Source: a candidate division TM6 bacterium GW2011_GWF2_28_16 (GTDB lineage: Bacteria; Babelota; Babeliae; Babelales; UASB340). From it: 64,000 nucleotides of DNA. Positions 60,921 through 64,000 of the stretch are shown here, piece after piece (positions within the stretch are counted from its first letter, which is position 1; every line of letters begins with the position of its first letter). The stretch lies in the NCBI GenBank assembly GCA_000989185.1, contig LBNX01000001.1, forward strand, positions 97,435-161,434, given 5' to 3'. Below the pieces are notes generated by a model, which made no database searches, was not told the DNA's origin, and saw only the letters and a list, made by a program, of their open reading frames with translations. The position numbers and the translations under genes are program-made.

Positions 60921-61283
60921 ATGGAAATAAAAATAACATTTGAAAACATGGAACACTCTCCAGTTATCGAACAACAAGCCAAAGAAAAAATTCTAAAAAT
61001 ACGTGAATTAATACAAGACTCAGAATGGCGTACTCCAAGATTTGCAGAACTTTGGCTAAAGGCAAACAAACAGCATAACCATCATTTAGCAAAATTACAT
61101 TTAAAAACACCGGATTTTGATTTAAATGCACACGAAGAATGTCCTGATATGTATTTAGCAATAGATAAAGTTATTGATAAAATGATAAATCTTGTCAGAA
61201 AAGAAAAAAGCATTATAAAAGATAAACGAAATAAACAAGATAGCGAACGCAAAAATTTTACAGACGATAAATATAATTTATAA
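60921..61283 (+). CDS. hpf: ribosome hibernation promoting factor (HPF/RaiA family)
   Basis: 120 aa. MEIKITFENMEHSPVIEQQAKEKI… matches the typical start of the family, and a GGGATAG SD precedes the start. Confidence 0.7.
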   Translation: MEIKITFENMEHSPVIEQQAKEKILKIRELIQDSEWRTPRFAELWLKANKQHNHHLAKLHLKTPDFDLNAHEECPDMYLAIDKVIDKMINLVRKEKSIIKDKRNKQDSERKNFTDDKYNL

Positions 61284-61320
61284 AAATTAAAATATAATTT
61301 AATAAAAATATTTTATAAAT

Positions 61321-61347
61321 TTATCCCAGATTTTTAGTCTGGGATAA
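61321..61347. terminator. hairpin between the convergent hpf and ORF 61350..61946
   Basis: TTATCCCAGA (61321-61330) pairs with TCTGGGATAA (61338-61347), a perfect 10-bp stem. The flanking T runs are weak. Confidence 0.5.
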
Positions 61348-61349
61348 AT

Positions 61350-61946
61350 TTAATCACATCTAACCAACAATCTACTATTTACAGATAAAAAATTATTTAT
61401 ATTATCACGTACAAAAACATTATCACTTTCAATATATTTTAATCTAATTCTTTTTAAATACTTTATTGCCATATCATATTTAGCTGCAATTAATTTTACT
61501 AGTAACCAATTAACTAAAGAACAAACACTCTGGTCATTATCATTTATACAACCATAGTTTATGGCCAAAAATATATAATTTAGCCCAAAATACTTAATAA
61601 TTTTTTTTATAGTACATAATACAACAGAATAAAAATCACGATTAAACTTAACAGATAAATCCTGGCGCTTATCAATAATATAACAAAACTCTAAAAGTAA
61701 TTTTTCTAACTCTCCTGATTGCGTAAACTCATAAAAATCTATTTCATTATTAAAATTATTTAAAGCTATATTTAAATAATAATCACAATCTCTAGTTCGA
61801 CAAAAATCTCTTGTATCTGCATTATTAGCAATTAAACTTAGTTTTTCTAATCTAGATTCCATAGAAAATATATTATTAAATTTTAAAAAAAATATAAAAA
61901 TATATAAAAATAAATAAAATTTTTTGTACATAATAATAATCCCCAT
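61350..61946 (-). CDS. hypothetical protein with an N-terminal hydrophobic/signal segment
   Basis: 198 aa. Its start overlaps the lpxL stop codon (TAATG); the alternative start MYKKFYLF… lies 5 codons in. It is Cys-rich and I recognise no family. Confidence 0.5.
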   Translation of the reverse strand: MGIIIMYKKFYLFLYIFIFFLKFNNIFSMESRLEKLSLIANNADTRDFCRTRDCDYYLNIALNNFNNEIDFYEFTQSGELEKLLLEFCYIIDKRQDLSVKFNRDFYSVVLCTIKKIIKYFGLNYIFLAINYGCINDNDQSVCSLVNWLLVKLIAAKYDMAIKYLKRIRLKYIESDNVFVRDNINNFLSVNSRLLVRCD

Positions 61947-62794
61947 TAATAATTTATTAGGCCTTTAAAGCGCCTATGTGACCAAAGCCAATTCTCTGGG
62001 GCTTTTTTTATAGCTGTCTCCAAATATTTATTACTAAGTATAGCCATTTCAAGTTCTGGATCTAAACTATTTTTAAAACGTTCAGGATTTATAGGCTCAC
62101 AAATCTCCATTTCATAATTAAATAAATTTTTTGTATAAACAAAACCAGGCAAAATAGGAGCGCCAGTTTTTAAACTTAAATTTATAAAAGCAGTATGAGA
62201 CCTAACATTGTGACCAAATAGTTCAACTTCTCGACCATCATTAGAATAACAATGTTGATCTGAAGCAAGCAAAACTATACCTCCACGCTTTAAATGTTTA
62301 AATAATGCTAATAAAGAATTTTCTTTGGGTATTAAAATATTACCAGCAATTTCTCTATTATCTTTAATTATTTTTTCTAAAAATTTACTATCTTTCATGG
62401 GTTTATACAAAATCATACATTTATAACCATTTAGGGCCAAATAATGCGCAGCTAATTCCCAACTACCAAAGTGCCCAGTCGAAAGAATAACGCCCTTACC
62501 CAATTTTAAATTCTCTTTTAAATAATCAAGATTTTTTATAGTAAAAATTTTATCTAAATAATTTTTTTTATAAAATCTTATTAAAATAAAATCAGCAAGC
62601 GAATGCCCCAAGAGCATAAAGCTTTTTTTTATTATTTTTTTATTATTTTTTTGATCTATTAAACATTTTGGCTCAAAACAAAAATTAATATTTTTTAAAG
62701 CTATTTTTTTTCTTTTTCCAGAAAATATAAAAACTAATAAACCAATGAGCCTAAATTTTAATATCGTCAAAATTCTTATAGTTGCAAATATCAT
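61946..62794 (-). CDS. lpxL: lipid A biosynthesis (Kdo2-lipid IVA) acyltransferase, LpxL/HtrB family
   Basis: N-terminal TM segment, the TGHFGSWE (HX4E) motif, and …ASDQH….FG…. typical of the family. Confidence 0.75.
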   Translation of the reverse strand: MIFATIRILTILKFRLIGLLVFIFSGKRKKIALKNINFCFEPKCLIDQKNNKKIIKKSFMLLGHSLADFILIRFYKKNYLDKIFTIKNLDYLKENLKLGKGVILSTGHFGSWELAAHYLALNGYKCMILYKPMKDSKFLEKIIKDNREIAGNILIPKENSLLALFKHLKRGGIVLLASDQHCYSNDGREVELFGHNVRSHTAFINLSLKTGAPILPGFVYTKNLFNYEMEICEPINPERFKNSLDPELEMAILSNKYLETAIKKAPENWLWSHRRFKGLINY

Positions 62795-62858
62795 ACTTTT
62801 CCTCTAAAGTAACAACTTAAGTCTATAAGAAAAAGAGTGTAATTAAAAGGGTTATCTC

Positions 62859-64000
62859 GTGAAAAATAAAATAAAAGCAATTTTAAATAGTGGCGAATCT
62901 ATAAAAGATATTTTGCGTTATTGGCTTCCAGAAATGATATCAAATGCCATGTTAATATCTTTACCCCCATTAATAGATTCATATATAATATCTAACCTAC
63001 ATTCTGTTTCGTCTTATGGTGCCATGGGCATGGTAAACAATTTTTTACATATGCTAACAAAACTAGCAGAAGCTATTCCTGTTGCATCTATAGCTATAAT
63101 GGGCCGTCATAATGGCGCACAAGAATACGAAGAATGCGGCCAAGACTTAGGCTCAACTTTTTGGACAACAGTACTTATTGGAATTTCATTTTTTCTTTTA
63201 ATATTCTTTGGAGCTCCATATATATTTAACTTTATGGGCCTACCAGAAAAAATGATCACTCTTGGCATGCCTTTTTTAAAATTAAGAGCTATTGGCGTAT
63301 TACTAGTATTTATTTCACTTGGTTTTTTTGCATTTATGCGAGCCGTAAAAAACACGAAAACACCTATGTTTATATACATAACAGGTAATATAATTTTTAT
63401 AATAATAGATTATACTCTTGTTTTAGGTAAATTTGGCTTTACTCAAATGGGACTCGAAGGTTCTGCAATTGCCACAATAGTTCAATATATAATTATGATA
63501 TCTATTGCATTTGTATATATAGTAAACAATCAAAATTATAAAAAATATTTTAGTAAAATATTCATAAAATTTTTTAATAAAGAAAAAATTTATAAAATAT
63601 TAAACTTAAGTTTACCAATAATGATCGATAAAGGTTCACTTTCTGGAGCTTATGTATTATTAGCCAAAATGATTGCACCTTTAGGCAAACACGCAATTGC
63701 TTCTTATGGTGTAATAAAAGATTTAGAACGCTTTGCAATATTACCAGCAGTTGGATTTGCTCAAGTTATAATATTTTTAGTAAGCAATAGAATTGGAGCC
63801 AAAGATTATGATGGCGCCAAAAATAACATCAAAAAAGTAATGGTGTTAACGGCTACTTCTCTTTTAATAACACTTTCAACTTTATGCATATATTCAAAAG
63901 AATTAATTCAAATATTTGATGACAGAAATAAATTTACAGACTTTGCATCTCCTGCTCTTGTATTTATAAGCATATTAGTTGTATGTGACTTTGTACAATT
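62859..64000 (+). CDS. MATE-family efflux transporter (partial, runs off the window end)
   Basis: The frame from the GTG at 62859 stays open to 64000. It reads …LRYWLPEMISNAML…, FLKLRAIGVLLVF, MRAVKNTKTPMFIY, LSLPIMIDKGS… and AIASYGV. It is missing from the ORF track because it has no stop codon. Confidence 0.8.
   Translation, partial: MKNKIKAILNSGESIKDILRYWLPEMISNAMLISLPPLIDSYIISNLHSVSSYGAMGMVNNFLHMLTKLAEAIPVASIAIMGRHNGAQEYEECGQDLGSTFWTTVLIGISFFLLIFFGAPYIFNFMGLPEKMITLGMPFLKLRAIGVLLVFISLGFFAFMRAVKNTKTPMFIYITGNIIFIIIDYTLVLGKFGFTQMGLEGSAIATIVQYIIMISIAFVYIVNNQNYKKYFSKIFIKFFNKEKIYKILNLSLPIMIDKGSLSGAYVLLAKMIAPLGKHAIASYGVIKDLERFAILPAVGFAQVIIFLVSNRIGAKDYDGAKNNIKKVMVLTATSLLITLSTLCIYSKELIQIFDDRNKFTDFASPALVFISILVVCDFVQ

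Overview
This is a very AT-rich bacterial chromosomal segment that reads as standard genetic code, with Shine-Dalgarno sites in front of most genes. I support about 57 protein genes, 2 tRNAs and a minimal SRP (4.5S) RNA.

Gene content is mostly housekeeping:
- Translation: two GluRS paralogues, tsf-pyrH-frr, rpsB, rpmF, hflX, der, hpf.
- Replication and repair: dnaE, dnaX, an sbcC-like gene, tatD, rnhA, hup, lon.
- Fatty-acid synthesis: fabD-fabG and acpP-fabF.
- Envelope, diderm type: murF, rodA-like, SpoIID-like, waaA, lpxL, lptB and a beta-barrel OMP candidate.

Host-dependence markers are also present: two tandem ATP/ADP-translocase (NTT/Tlc) paralogues, a eukaryotic-like Ser/Thr kinase, and many signal-peptide proteins with no recognisable family. 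My best guess is a reduced-genome obligate intracellular or host-associated bacterium, possibly Dependentiae/TM6-like. That is inference only, because no rRNA lies in the window.

The most unusual signal is a family of GC-rich hairpin mini-elements (TTGTCATCC-stem-loop-stem-GGATC, plus a related CCCGTTCGCCCTGAGCGTAG...GAAGTCGAATGGG module). Their stems show compensatory changes between copies. They sit in frame inside genes (dapF, waaA, a heparinase-like gene), in 5' leaders (hflX, gltX-2) and at gene ends. Two copies of the related module form inverted repeats around a degraded GIY-YIG nuclease gene that interrupts the fab cluster.

Other points of interest:
- (AAT)n poly-Asn microsatellites inside essential genes.
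- An operon-like block of three unknown signal-peptide/TM proteins followed by a membrane-anchored MutS-like ATPase.
- An sbcC-like gene with no sbcD beside it.

I saw no CRISPR array, IS transposase, integrase or prophage genes. All calls come from reading motifs by eye; no database search was possible.
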